A stretch of DNA of 64,000 nucleotides, from the NCBI GenBank assembly GCA_041645495.1, contig JBAZPZ010000002.1, forward strand, positions 5,469 through 69,468. The letters are read 5' to 3'. The notes below the pieces were generated by a model. That model was not told where the DNA came from and did no database searches. It was given only the letters and a program-made list of their open reading frames with translations. Position 1 is the stretch's first letter. Every line of letters starts with the position of its first letter. The DNA is from Fidelibacterota bacterium. Its GTDB lineage: Bacteria; Fidelibacterota; UBA2242. Shown here in pieces: positions 1 through 9,554 of the stretch. The position numbers and the translations under genes are program-made.

Positions 1-439
1 ATCTGGCTCCGATGTTCGCTGATAAGTCAACATCCGAATAAGCGTTCGACGCGTTTTGCCACCATTTGGTCAGGAGATTTGCCTGCGATTTGAAGAATAA
101 TTTTGGGGAAAGTGCGAGGTAATATTGCCAGTTACCGGTCGTGATGAGTTTATTTTCTTCGGGATTTTGGAAATAAGCGGAATAATTCCCGATGAGGCTG
201 ATTCGTCGGCTGGATCGGTCGTTAGTTTGATTGATGAGAATGCCGCCCCAAAATTGACCGGCGTTGTCGTCCGTTCGGTTGGAATCCGACTCGAAAATGT
301 TGTTTTCCATCAGCACTTCCGATTTGAGGTAGGAGGAGAACGTTCGATCGGTTGCCGCCCGAAGAAGCGAGCCGATCAGCAGCACGATGCAAGGAATTTT
401 CAGGAACTTCCTGAATCCGGTGATTTTTTCACTCTTCAT
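1..439 (-). CDS. Hypothetical exported protein, probable outer-membrane beta-strand-rich protein; partial (3' end cut by window start)
   Basis: Reverse-strand ATG at 439..437 gives MKSEKITGFRKFLKIPCIVLLIGSLLRAATD (signal peptide) followed by alternating hydrophobic/polar strands (GNWQYYLALSPKLFFKSQANLL...). It reads open to position 1, so it is absent from the ORF track, which requires a stop. The plus-strand ORF 125..445 is its antisense shadow. Same strand and orientation as the downstream part of the HK/RR operon. Confidence 0.5.
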   Translation of the reverse strand, partial: MKSEKITGFRKFLKIPCIVLLIGSLLRAATDRTFSSYLKSEVLMENNIFESDSNRTDDNAGQFWGGILINQTNDRSSRRISLIGNYSAYFQNPEENKLITTGNWQYYLALSPKLFFKSQANLLTKWWQNASNAYSDVDLSANIGAR

Positions 440-532
440 CGTTGAAGAAAATACAAGGAAAAGTAAAATGGAAAAAGGGAAAAGTGATTATTTATTACGT
501 CTTTGAGAAGAGGCAGACCGGGTGTTCCGAAG

Positions 533-1549
533 TCAGCGTTTCCGCTGTTCGAGTTCGGCGATTTGCTTCTGGTAATATGTCTTGATGGAATCCAACTGAC
601 TGATGTACGAGCGCATGTTTTTGGACGGAACGGACTGAACGATGTGCAGATAATCTTCACTGGTCATTGTCATCGGAAATTCAGTCTGAACCGTGCGTGT
701 TGTCCAGATTTCTTCATTGCCGTAGCTGGTTGGGACGACGTTTACATAGGTCGCGTCGCCGTCCGTTCCCTTAGCCCCGCGTTCAGTGAAAGTCGTTTGA
801 TAACTGCGGGAATTGGCGGGATTGATCTCACCCGAAAAGGTGTTCATTTCCGACGCGAACTGCTCCATCCGTTTTCTCAGCAGTTCTTCCTCTTTGGCGG
901 CGGCGATGATCAGGTCGATCTGCTCGATTTTTTCGGTCAGAATCCGGGCGAGTTCGGTCTTCAGCATCGACTGCTGGGAAGGGTTTTTGATGAATTCGAG
1001 AAGGTTTTCCTTGCGGGGAAGAATTTCGATTCCCGACGGCGCAAAGTATCTTTGATTTTGCAAAAGCCAGTCGCGGCGGTCTTTGAGTTCCAAAAGAGTC
1101 AGAATCGCACTCGTGCGGCGCGGCGGTTCGGTTGTCTTTTCCAGGACATCGATGACGGAGTCGATTTGCGACGAAAGAATCGGATAGTAGGCGTCGAAAA
1201 TCCGGTTTGCGCTCGCTTTTTTCTCCGCCGTTTGTTTGTAAACGATCATCAACCGGTCGCCTATTTTTGCTTTTTTCTCCGTGAGTTTCACGATCTTCCG
1301 TCGATTCACCCAGCCGGGACTTTTTTCTTGTCTCAGTGGGGAGATCGATTTTTCGATTTCGGTCTGTTCGGCTAAAAGTTTTTTCTCGTTTTGAACCAGC
1401 GATGCAATTTCCGAGATATTGGTGGAAATCGCTTCGTGATAATTGGAAAGAGATTGGCCTCCGAATGCGACGGAGAATCCAAACGTCGTGCAGGCAATCC
1501 AACCAAGAAATTCCATTTTTCGCGAGCGAATGCCGACCAGTTTTTTCAT
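533..1549 (-). CDS. Hypothetical membrane-anchored coiled-coil protein
   Basis: Track ORF 533..1606. The more likely start is the internal MKKLVGIRS at 1549, directly after the stop of the upstream response-regulator gene. It has one N-terminal TM segment (FLGWIACTTFGFSVAFGG) and a long heptad-rich E/K/L/Q region. I recognise no domain. Confidence 0.55.
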   Translation of the reverse strand: MKKLVGIRSRKMEFLGWIACTTFGFSVAFGGQSLSNYHEAISTNISEIASLVQNEKKLLAEQTEIEKSISPLRQEKSPGWVNRRKIVKLTEKKAKIGDRLMIVYKQTAEKKASANRIFDAYYPILSSQIDSVIDVLEKTTEPPRRTSAILTLLELKDRRDWLLQNQRYFAPSGIEILPRKENLLEFIKNPSQQSMLKTELARILTEKIEQIDLIIAAAKEEELLRKRMEQFASEMNTFSGEINPANSRSYQTTFTERGAKGTDGDATYVNVVPTSYGNEEIWTTRTVQTEFPMTMTSEDYLHIVQSVPSKNMRSYISQLDSIKTYYQKQIAELEQRKR

Positions 1550-1550
1550 T

Positions 1551-2918
1551 TTACGAATACTCGCTCTCTTCGATTCGGTATTTGTCGATCTTGTAATAAA
1601 GTGCACCGGTTTTAATATTCAGCGCATCGGCGGCGTGCTGTTTGACACCTTTGGAGGCGCGCAGGGCGTTGACGATCATTTCCCGCTCGATCTTTTCAAC
1701 AGACTGAACCAGATTCCCGTCCGGTTGCGGCGCTGAACCGCGATTTGTTTCGCCGAGGTCGGCGAAGGCGAACAGATCATCGCTAAAGCGGTCTTCCTCG
1801 ATAAAGACGAGCGCGCGCTCAAGGAAATTTTCCAGTTCGCGGATATTTCCAGACCATGTGTAATGTGTGAGTTTCCGGATCACACTGGCGTCGATGGTCG
1901 GCGTTTTCCGGCCGAGTTTTTCTGACTTGTTCCGGATAATAAAATCGATCAACAGCGGAATGTCTTCATTGCGTTCTCTCAGCGGTGGAATGTTGATGGG
2001 AATGACGTTGATGCGGTAGAAAAGATCGCTTCGAAACGAGCCGTCCTGAATTGCCGCCTGCAAGTCTTTGTTCGTCGCGGTAATGAGCCGAAAGTCGCTG
2101 GAAATCGGCTTTTCGCCGCCGACGCGATGAAACTGTTTCGTTTGAAGCACACGGAGAACTTTGACCTGAAGGGCGGGAGACATTTCGCCGATTTCGTCGA
2201 GAAAAAGCGTTCCGCCGTCGCTGATCTCGAATTTGCCCGCGTGCGTTTTGATGGCGCCTGTAAATGAACCTTTTTCGTGGCCGAACAGTTCGCTTTCGAG
2301 GAGACTTTCCGTCAGCGCGCCGCAATTCACGGCGACGAACGGTCCGTTTTGACAAAAACTCTGTTGGTGGATCGTTCGCGCGACGAGTTCCTTACCGGTG
2401 CCGCTCTCGCCGGTGATCAAAACCGGGCTGTTGACTTTGGCGACTTTTTCGATCAATGTTCTGATCTTTTGGATCATCGGTGATTGACCGATGAGCAGAG
2501 GCGTTTCTACCGACGACGATTCGACTTGTTGCCGCGCCGAAAATCGGGTATAGATCGTTTCGACTTTTTTCCTGAGTTCGGCGATGGAGAACGGCTTGGT
2601 GATAAAATCTTCGGCGCCGCATTTCATTGTTTCAACGGCGAGATCGACCGAAGCGTACGCCGTAATCAAAATGACGTCGGTTGCGGGTCGCAGGCTCTTG
2701 ATCGTTTTGAATAGTGAAATCCCATCGAGTTCGGGCATCTTGATGTCGGTGATGACCAATGGAAACGATGACGCTAAGAACAGAGCCAGGCCTTTCTTGC
2801 CGTCCTCGGCTGAGACCGCGTCGAAGCCGTCTTTTTTCAGAAAGGCGGTCATGCCGTCGCGCAGAGATTGGTTGTCTTCGACGATCAGGATTTTAAAGTT
2901 TTTCTTGGGCTCGTTCAT
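1551..2918 (-). CDS. Sigma-54-dependent two-component response regulator (NtrC family: REC + AAA+ sigma54-activator + Fis-type HTH)
   Basis: N-terminal receiver domain (ILIVEDN...ITDIKMPELDG). Walker A GESGTGKE, the GAFTGA-type loop (GSFTGA), ESELFGHEKG and a C-terminal HTH. The start abuts the kinase stop (2918/2919). Confidence 0.92.
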   Translation of the reverse strand: MNEPKKNFKILIVEDNQSLRDGMTAFLKKDGFDAVSAEDGKKGLALFLASSFPLVITDIKMPELDGISLFKTIKSLRPATDVILITAYASVDLAVETMKCGAEDFITKPFSIAELRKKVETIYTRFSARQQVESSSVETPLLIGQSPMIQKIRTLIEKVAKVNSPVLITGESGTGKELVARTIHQQSFCQNGPFVAVNCGALTESLLESELFGHEKGSFTGAIKTHAGKFEISDGGTLFLDEIGEMSPALQVKVLRVLQTKQFHRVGGEKPISSDFRLITATNKDLQAAIQDGSFRSDLFYRINVIPINIPPLRERNEDIPLLIDFIIRNKSEKLGRKTPTIDASVIRKLTHYTWSGNIRELENFLERALVFIEEDRFSDDLFAFADLGETNRGSAPQPDGNLVQSVEKIEREMIVNALRASKGVKQHAADALNIKTGALYYKIDKYRIEESEYS

Positions 2919-4301
2919 TTATTGCTCCGGTAACGTGATGACAAATTCCGTGCCGCTTTCATCCGAGCGAGTAAGCCGGATGGAACCGCCGTGTTGCTCG
3001 ACGATGGATTTAGCAATCGAGAGTCCGAGACCGACGCCGCTCGATTTGGTGCTGAAGAAAGCGTCAAAAATCTGAGGCTGGATTTTTTCAGGCATCGGCA
3101 TGCCCTGATTGAAAAACGATATTGTCAGTTCTTGGCCGTTTTTACGGATTTCGATCTGGATCGGATCGGAATCGCCCGACGCGTCGGCAGCATTTCGCAA
3201 ACAATTGGTAAACGCGCGCTGGATTTTCCCCGGATGAACGTTGAGACTGCCTTCGCCGCTCACGATGAACTTATGATTCGGGAAAAACGGTTGAACTTCG
3301 TTGATGCTTTCCGTCAGTAGCCACCGAATGTCGCTCTCGACCAGATTGCTTTCGACCGGTCGTGCGTAGGCGAGAAAGGCGTCAACGATCTCGGAAAGAC
3401 GGTTCACTTCCCGGGAAATGGCGGCCGCGAATTCCGCTAGTTCAGGCGCGTTCCGGGTTTCTTCTATCAGTAATTCGGCGTTAATCTTCATTCCGCCGAG
3501 CGGATTGCGAATCTCGTGGGCGACGGACGCTAAAAGTTGCTTGTTTTCTTTTTCGCGCCGGTCGATTTCCGCCTGCATCTTTTGCATTGTTTGCCCGAGA
3601 AAACCGATCTCGTCTTTCCTATTTCTTAAAACAACCGATTGTTTGCGGCCTTTTCCGATTTCCTCGGCGTATTTTGTTAAAAGTCCGAGCGGTTTCGTCA
3701 AGTTTCGGGATGCCAAAACCGAGATGAAAATTCCCAGTAGGAGAATTATCAACCCGGTTCGAACCATCTGACTTTGCAACCGGGCGGCGTCCTGAAGAAA
3801 CGTCGCGCTAGCGTCGATCGCTACGATCACAACGGAACTGTCCGGCAGGTGAAGCGGGCTGAACGTCGATTTGAGATAATTCCCGACGTCGTCGGAGAAA
3901 AGCGGCGAGCAGACAATTTCGCCCCGAAACGCGCGGGAAATTTCACCGGAATGTAGCATCAGGGATTTGACGCCGCTCTCTTCTTTTCCCGTCGAGATCA
4001 GCAGAGAAGAATCTGCCCGGATCAAGTAAATCGAACTCGCCGAAACCTTCGACAAATTTGCTAACAACATTCGCCGGACGGAATCTCTGGCGACGGCCGA
4101 TTCCGGGTATCGGTTTAGAAAACCGATGAGCGCCGTGTCCAATCGTTCCTGTAACAGAACGATATTCGTCTTCAGGTTTCGGGACAGTTCTTCTTCCATC
4201 GTCTGGCGGGTTTGCCAGTAAATCGGAACGGATAGAAGAATCACGATCAGCGCGATCAGTAACCCGATGAACAAGGCGATTTTATACGACAATTTTTTCA
4301 T
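2919..4301 (-). CDS. Sensor histidine kinase (N-terminal TM, periplasmic sensor, HAMP-like region, HisKA H-box, HATPase_c)
   Basis: N-terminal TM helix (IALFIGLLIALIVILLSV) and a second TM segment (GLIILLLGIFISVLA). H-box SVAHEIRNPLGG and the G-box GVGLGLSIAKSIVEQHGGSI. Immediately upstream of, and co-oriented with, the response regulator. Confidence 0.9.
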   Translation of the reverse strand: MKKLSYKIALFIGLLIALIVILLSVPIYWQTRQTMEEELSRNLKTNIVLLQERLDTALIGFLNRYPESAVARDSVRRMLLANLSKVSASSIYLIRADSSLLISTGKEESGVKSLMLHSGEISRAFRGEIVCSPLFSDDVGNYLKSTFSPLHLPDSSVVIVAIDASATFLQDAARLQSQMVRTGLIILLLGIFISVLASRNLTKPLGLLTKYAEEIGKGRKQSVVLRNRKDEIGFLGQTMQKMQAEIDRREKENKQLLASVAHEIRNPLGGMKINAELLIEETRNAPELAEFAAAISREVNRLSEIVDAFLAYARPVESNLVESDIRWLLTESINEVQPFFPNHKFIVSGEGSLNVHPGKIQRAFTNCLRNAADASGDSDPIQIEIRKNGQELTISFFNQGMPMPEKIQPQIFDAFFSTKSSGVGLGLSIAKSIVEQHGGSIRLTRSDESGTEFVITLPEQ

Positions 4302-4501
4302 GACGACAACTTACTTCGCCGGAGCGATAGAGGCAAGTCGCGCGTAAATCGCAGTTAATTGTCGATCTGTTTGAACTGTTGCCGCTTAAACACTTATTGC
4401 CAATATGCGAATCAAAACCTAAATTTGAAATGCTTATAAAAAACATGGCTGTTTTTTCAAATGTCTGATGAACGATTGCAGGTTTGTAAAGGAGAATGTC
4501 C

Positions 4502-4834
4502 ATGGAAATGAATTCCAGGAAAGATAATGGCGCGACGATAGTGACAATTAGCGGGCGATTGGACGCGGCTTCCGCTCCGGATTTCAACAAACAATTCACC
4601 GACTTGATCGGCCAGGGCGAAGCGACGTTCGTACTTGATTTCAGCGATCTGGTTTATATTTCCAGCGCCGGTTTGAGAAGCATCCTGCTCGTCGCGCAGG
4701 AATTGCGGAAAAAGAGCGGGAAACTCCTCGTTGTGTCGTTGAAGGATATCGTTCGGGAAGTGTTCGAAATTTCCGGTTTCATTCAACTATTCCAGATATT
4801 TGATTCGGTCGATCAGGCGCTCGGTCAAAAGTAA
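4502..4834 (+). CDS. STAS-domain anti-sigma-factor antagonist (SpoIIAA-like)
   Basis: A ~110-aa protein with the conserved phosphorylatable Ser context (DFSDLVYISSAGLRSIL). GGAGA lies 6 nt upstream of the ATG at 4502; the track ORF starts at 4496. It is divergent from the HK/RR operon. Confidence 0.8.
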   Translation: MEMNSRKDNGATIVTISGRLDAASAPDFNKQFTDLIGQGEATFVLDFSDLVYISSAGLRSILLVAQELRKKSGKLLVVSLKDIVREVFEISGFIQLFQIFDSVDQALGQK

Positions 4835-4890
4835 ATCCCCTCATATCGGAAATCCGACTCTTTATTTATCGGGAAGATCAGTAAAATTTA

Positions 4891-5703
4891 TCAGTGGTTG
4901 GACAAAAAAACGACGCGACGGGAATCGCATGTCGGGCATGTGTGTTCGTCACAGAGCAGACGGCTGTAATTATCCCGGAAAAACGGTAATCCCGTTTCCA
5001 TCAGCAATGAAACCGGAACCAGCAGAGAGGTCAGATTTTCCGTGCGGAAATTGGTAATTCGACCGGTTTCCCGCAGATGCGATTCAAAATTGACGAAGGA
5101 TTTGGCACAGCCGGGTATTTCGCGCAACGGCTGTTCGCCCTGAATCGAAACGCCGATCGGTTCGATGCCCAAATAATTCCACGGTGAGAAATTGCTCCAT
5201 GGAACCGGCGCGCGGTTTTCCATATAATGGCAAAACGACATTGAGGAAAAATCGACGCCGAGTAGAAGGACAAAGGCGTCGGAACGGTTCGACAGCCATT
5301 CGAGAACGCTTCCGTCGCCGAGCGGACTTTCGGGTGAATAGTCCGCGTCGATTTCGTCGGTTATTTTTCCCCATAAAGAAAACGAATGCGTCGGCGAACT
5401 GGTTCGGACGACCTGAACGGAAGTGCGAAAAACTTCCGAAACAGCGCCGGTTTTGGTAGGCGTTCGTTCACGGTCAAAAATATTGTAACCGCCGGATCGT
5501 CTTTTGAAGCAATAACTGAAGGCGGGCATGATGATCGACCCGTCCGTGGTGATTTTGGATTGCAGGCTGGCGATTATCCCGTCGATTCTCAGAGACGGAA
5601 AAGCGGAGCGTATCCGACGATAACTGCTGTGGACGAGCAGATGATAACCTCCATTCAAGCCGAGGCGGTTCAGGTAATCGTCAAAAGCCGGAATTGGTTT
5701 CAT
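4891..5703 (-). CDS. AAC(3)-family (aminoglycoside N3-acetyltransferase-like) acetyltransferase; substrate unknown
   Basis: It aligns by eye to AAC(3) signatures. LLVHSSYRRI matches LLMVHASL, DGSIIMPAFSY matches GTVMGYASW, RTSSPTHSFS matches RSAHPDASM, and FVLLLGVDFSSMSFCHYME matches ALLLGAPLNSVTALHYAE. A CxxC pair lies near the C-terminus. It sits 15 bp downstream of the 490-aa OMP gene, so it is probably in the same operon. Confidence 0.65.
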   Translation of the reverse strand: MKPIPAFDDYLNRLGLNGGYHLLVHSSYRRIRSAFPSLRIDGIIASLQSKITTDGSIIMPAFSYCFKRRSGGYNIFDRERTPTKTGAVSEVFRTSVQVVRTSSPTHSFSLWGKITDEIDADYSPESPLGDGSVLEWLSNRSDAFVLLLGVDFSSMSFCHYMENRAPVPWSNFSPWNYLGIEPIGVSIQGEQPLREIPGCAKSFVNFESHLRETGRITNFRTENLTSLLVPVSLLMETGLPFFRDNYSRLLCDEHTCPTCDSRRVVFLSNH

Positions 5704-5718
5704 TGCCGCGAAATTTAG

Positions 5719-7191
5719 TCAATTCAGGCTATAATTGATATTAAACTCGTGCAATTGACCACCGTGCAGGTTTTTTTTGTACTTTTCAGTTGGCGATACG
5801 AAATAAACTGGACTATCATCCAGACGGTTTGTTACCGGAACCAGCTGGCGAAATTGATAATGGATTCCGACCTTGCCGATCTGCCGGTTAACCGAACAGA
5901 CGAGATCGAACAGGTTCACGTCATATCTTAACGGATAATGAAGCGGAGCCATCACCAGACCGAATTCGAGGTCAGCTTCACCGTCGATCCAGTAATTGTA
6001 CCTTGCATGCGTGTAAGTCAGCGAAACGCTGTTATTGAACTTCCATAAATCGAACCGGTAGTCGCCACCAATTTTCTGAGCGAATGACGAACTGTTTTTG
6101 AATTGACAATCCACCGCGTGTGAAATCGGAAATAATTCCTGATAATATCCGAGCACCGGCAACCGGAAGAGCAAATGCATCGAATATTTTCCGTAGGAAA
6201 GTCCGGCGCTGAACCTGAAGCAGTTGAAATGAAATACCGAGTTTATAAAGAAACCGTCGCGTGCGAGATCGCCGTTTCCAAGATTCCGGTAATCCAGCGT
6301 TGTCGGCTGATTGTTGTCGAATTTTGTCTGGCCGCGGCTCAGGATAAATCCCGCTTCGATACAGTTCAGAGTCCGATTCTGTGAATTCAGGGACAAACAA
6401 GCCAGCGTTTCTTTGAATGAAACCGGAACATCGATGCGTCGATTTCCGGTCAACTGTGGTTTGTTGCTTGAATTGACATAATGAATTTGGATATCGTCGC
6501 TGAAATCGGATTGAGAAACGGACAAACCAAGCCGGTGCGCCGCATTCAACGGAGTCGAACCCCAAACCAGCAGACTCAGTTTTTCCGGCCGTGATTCGAT
6601 GCTGAAATTCCGTCCGAAAGCAGGTTCGAGCCAATCGAAGAAGAATTCGTTATCCATGGCCTTAGCAGAAATTGGAAAACGGTTGACAACCTGCATTCCG
6701 GAAAGGTCGCCGATTGAATAATCGATGCCGACGCCGATGAGACCGATCCCTTTTGTCGCCGCCCATCGGAACGAGCCGGATAGCGCGCTCAGGTCGGTTT
6801 TTCCGACGATTGCCGTGACATCTTTTTTTGTATCGATCAGGAATTGATTTCGGTTCAGATCGATCGACAACATTTGGCTGGAATTTTTAAAATGAAACGG
6901 AAATAGAACGCCTGCGCGCGGAGAAAGATTGTGCGAAAAGACGACGGATTTTCTTTTGATCTTCGCCCGGTAGATGTTTTCAAAATCGTACCGGAAGTCA
7001 ATCTGTATTTCACCGTTTTGGATTTCTTCGATAGAAATGGTTCTCTCTTGGGGAAAATTCAGAAAGGAATAGAAGAAATCGGAAAGTTCGAAGGCGTAAA
7101 CCTCCGGGCAAATCGTCAGAAACAAAAACAGAAAGGGGAAAAGCGTGGCGCTTTCCCCTTTTGAGGTGTTTTTTATCGGTCTTCTATGCAA
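5719..7191 (-). CDS. Hypothetical outer-membrane protein (beta-rich). It may be the dedicated OM partner (PorP/SprF-like role) of the upstream T9SS cargo.
   Basis: Signal peptide (LFPFLFLFLTICPEVYA). Aromatic-rich alternating pattern throughout. A 2-bp gap separates it from the upstream T9SS-CTD gene. The PorP/SprF assignment is inferred from position, not from motifs. Confidence 0.5.
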   Translation of the reverse strand: MHRRPIKNTSKGESATLFPFLFLFLTICPEVYAFELSDFFYSFLNFPQERTISIEEIQNGEIQIDFRYDFENIYRAKIKRKSVVFSHNLSPRAGVLFPFHFKNSSQMLSIDLNRNQFLIDTKKDVTAIVGKTDLSALSGSFRWAATKGIGLIGVGIDYSIGDLSGMQVVNRFPISAKAMDNEFFFDWLEPAFGRNFSIESRPEKLSLLVWGSTPLNAAHRLGLSVSQSDFSDDIQIHYVNSSNKPQLTGNRRIDVPVSFKETLACLSLNSQNRTLNCIEAGFILSRGQTKFDNNQPTTLDYRNLGNGDLARDGFFINSVFHFNCFRFSAGLSYGKYSMHLLFRLPVLGYYQELFPISHAVDCQFKNSSSFAQKIGGDYRFDLWKFNNSVSLTYTHARYNYWIDGEADLEFGLVMAPLHYPLRYDVNLFDLVCSVNRQIGKVGIHYQFRQLVPVTNRLDDSPVYFVSPTEKYKKNLHGGQLHEFNINYSLN

Positions 7192-7193
7192 AA

Positions 7194-9554
7194 TTATTTA
7201 ATCAGAGACATTTTCCTTATCGAGATGTTTCCGTTGACTTCAAGCCGGGCAAAGTAAATGCCGGATGAAAAATTCACAGCATTCCACGGAACGATATGTT
7301 TTCCGGAACGGAAGCGCTGATTGACGATCTGTTCGACGACTCTGCCCTGGAGATTAAGAATGGAAATCTTCACATCGGCCACTGCGGGCAGATCGAATTC
7401 AATGTGTGCGACCGGGTTGAACGGGTTGGGATAAACGGGATAGAGGCAAAATTCACGCGGTAAAGTCGGAAGTTTTCGACTGCTTAACGATTTGTATCGA
7501 TCCGGGAATAAACCGCCGAGCGTGCTATCGACGCCGAAGACAAGATTTTTCCACATCAGGAGGAAACTCTTTGGTGGATTATCAAACCATGCCGAGAGGT
7601 TCAGGCGTTCATTTCCCATGTTCATCATAGAGTCAGGGTACTCAAAATCGGTATGTATCATATCGGCGAACGTATGTGATATATAACCGTACATAATCAT
7701 CTTTTCACTATCCATATTGAAGTCGTCTTCATAAGGAGCCATGGCCGTGAACAGATCGGTTAGCCGACCAGAAAAAATTGCCAGTGAATCGAATGCCGTC
7801 GAAAACCATGCTCCGGCTTCGTGAAATTTTTCGACACCGTAAGGCGTAAGCGATAGGAAATCGGGATTGGACGATTCGAGGATCAGGATGAAATCCGAAT
7901 CGCTTTGGACTTCCGAGAAATTCAGTTTGGTCGGATCAAGGTCAAGCACAAAAACCTCGTTCAGATTCTGATAGATTGCCCGGAAACCGCTGTTGATTGC
8001 CATTAAACCGTCGCCAAGTAGTGAGATGAAATTGACGGCGGTGTGAACGTTCGGAACTGACGCGCTGAACGGATCGACGGAAAAGTCGGAATTTGCAAGT
8101 ATGTTGTATCGGTTTACGATCACATCGTCATGCTTTTCGATGATGACAAAATTTGTCGGATTTACAGAATGAATGTAAAAATCGATGTGATTCCGTATTT
8201 CGGCAATTTGTGGGGAGAAATCGAAGTCTTTCCAGTCAAAGAGATAGGTCAGGCTGTCGATCCTTCCGGTCTGCAGACAATAAAAGGCGCGATTGAAATT
8301 TTCGTGAATTTGTTTGTTTGTCAATAACTTCACCGTCAGCGCCATGGCAATACCGAAATGTTTATCGGGCGGAATGGGATTCATGGCCAGCCATTCTGCT
8401 TTTTTAACCGACAGGCAGGCTCGAAAAGTTAGAAAATCGTCGTTAGTGTTAAAAACAACGTCCGAACGAATCATCAAAAGTAAATTTTCGGGTGCGCCGT
8501 TGGGGAAGATGTCGTTAAAGGAGAAATTGTCAAATTCACCATTTCGGTAGTAGTCGTAGAAAACGGTTTTTAGACCGTTAGCGGGCATATTTTGCAGGAT
8601 TGCCAGCGGCTTGATTGTTTTTCCGTTGATGGGATCGCCGACCGGATAAACCTTGCCGTTCAGCAACGTATCGATTTCTGAAATGACCATTTTGACGCTG
8701 TCAAAAGGAGCAAGATTGAGATTCAGCGGCTGGAACGGCTGATTCGTCAGAAGTACTTTGAGTGTATCGAGGAATTGATGGGTTTGATCCAATCCTGTCC
8801 GGACATTGGCGACGCCCGGCATGACATCTCCATTTGGAATGCTCATGACTGAATCGATATTTGAAAAACCGGAATCAAAGGAATGCCCCATTGCTTGGGT
8901 CAATTGATCGATCTCGTCCAGCCGGTTAAAGAATTTCCGGGAGAAAATGAAAGGAGTCGTTTCGTACTTCGTTCCGGCAAGTGAGACAGAAAATTCAAAG
9001 TCAGCAGTTCCATCACGGACCATTTCCCAATGATCGCCGAAAGCACTGTAAATCTCGTCGGCTTTTTGCTGGTAAACGGCGATTTCCGTTCCGATTTGAT
9101 TGATGTCGCCTCCGATATTAAACAGCCGTGTCTTCATCGTATCCCGAAAGGCGGGATAAGTTCCGTTGTTGAAGAAATCAGTTAAAAGAGTGAAAAATTC
9201 CTGTTGAGATTGAGACTGAAGAATAGGAAAGATATCCGTTTCCGCGATAAAACCGATGTCTGACAGGTTGGAACCAATGTCGTCCAATAACAATTCAGTA
9301 TTCGTGAAAAGCGTGTCCTGATTCACGATGTCCCATGCCGCTTCGATAATTGCGAGTCCCATATGCGCTTTCATTGTTGGAGTATCATCGCTACCGATAG
9401 CAGTCTGCAATAGAAATTTGGCTTCCTTTGAGGACAGGTAGATGATATATTCGGGAGTGATGTCCTTTTGCAGGATCAGGTCAGGCGAGCCGGCAAACAA
9501 GGGAACACAAATAAATATGAGAGAGAAGAGAACTGCTGGCTTGATTGTTTTCAT
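7194..9554 (-). CDS. Large secreted protein of unknown function with a C-terminal T9SS sorting domain (Por_Secre_tail type)
   Basis: Signal peptide (MKTIKPAVLFSLIFICVPLFAG). The last ~80 aa read YPNPFNPVAHIEFDLPAVADVKISILNLQGRVVEQIVNQ...GKHIVPWNAVNFSSGIYFARLEVNG, the canonical T9SS CTD pattern. No domain is recognisable in the 700-aa body. Confidence 0.8.
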   Translation of the reverse strand: MKTIKPAVLFSLIFICVPLFAGSPDLILQKDITPEYIIYLSSKEAKFLLQTAIGSDDTPTMKAHMGLAIIEAAWDIVNQDTLFTNTELLLDDIGSNLSDIGFIAETDIFPILQSQSQQEFFTLLTDFFNNGTYPAFRDTMKTRLFNIGGDINQIGTEIAVYQQKADEIYSAFGDHWEMVRDGTADFEFSVSLAGTKYETTPFIFSRKFFNRLDEIDQLTQAMGHSFDSGFSNIDSVMSIPNGDVMPGVANVRTGLDQTHQFLDTLKVLLTNQPFQPLNLNLAPFDSVKMVISEIDTLLNGKVYPVGDPINGKTIKPLAILQNMPANGLKTVFYDYYRNGEFDNFSFNDIFPNGAPENLLLMIRSDVVFNTNDDFLTFRACLSVKKAEWLAMNPIPPDKHFGIAMALTVKLLTNKQIHENFNRAFYCLQTGRIDSLTYLFDWKDFDFSPQIAEIRNHIDFYIHSVNPTNFVIIEKHDDVIVNRYNILANSDFSVDPFSASVPNVHTAVNFISLLGDGLMAINSGFRAIYQNLNEVFVLDLDPTKLNFSEVQSDSDFILILESSNPDFLSLTPYGVEKFHEAGAWFSTAFDSLAIFSGRLTDLFTAMAPYEDDFNMDSEKMIMYGYISHTFADMIHTDFEYPDSMMNMGNERLNLSAWFDNPPKSFLLMWKNLVFGVDSTLGGLFPDRYKSLSSRKLPTLPREFCLYPVYPNPFNPVAHIEFDLPAVADVKISILNLQGRVVEQIVNQRFRSGKHIVPWNAVNFSSGIYFARLEVNGNISIRKMSLIK

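Noticed and set aside
125-445. Plus-strand 106-aa ORF at the window start
   Set aside because: It is the antisense shadow of a better-supported minus-strand gene (signal peptide and beta-strand pattern, ATG at 439) that runs off the window edge.
4302-4501. Sigma-54 (-24/-12, TGGCAC-N5-TTGCW) promoter in the divergent region next to the NtrC-family regulator operon
   Set aside because: Only a weak partial match (TGGCTGTTTTTCAAAT) lacking the -12 GC element was found, so it is not reported as a feature.
4891-5703. Calling the AAC(3)-like gene an acquired aminoglycoside-resistance determinant or mobile cassette
   Set aside because: No integrase, transposase, attC site or IS element is nearby. 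AAC(3)-family enzymes with unknown substrates are common chromosomal genes. It appears co-transcribed with native-looking envelope genes.
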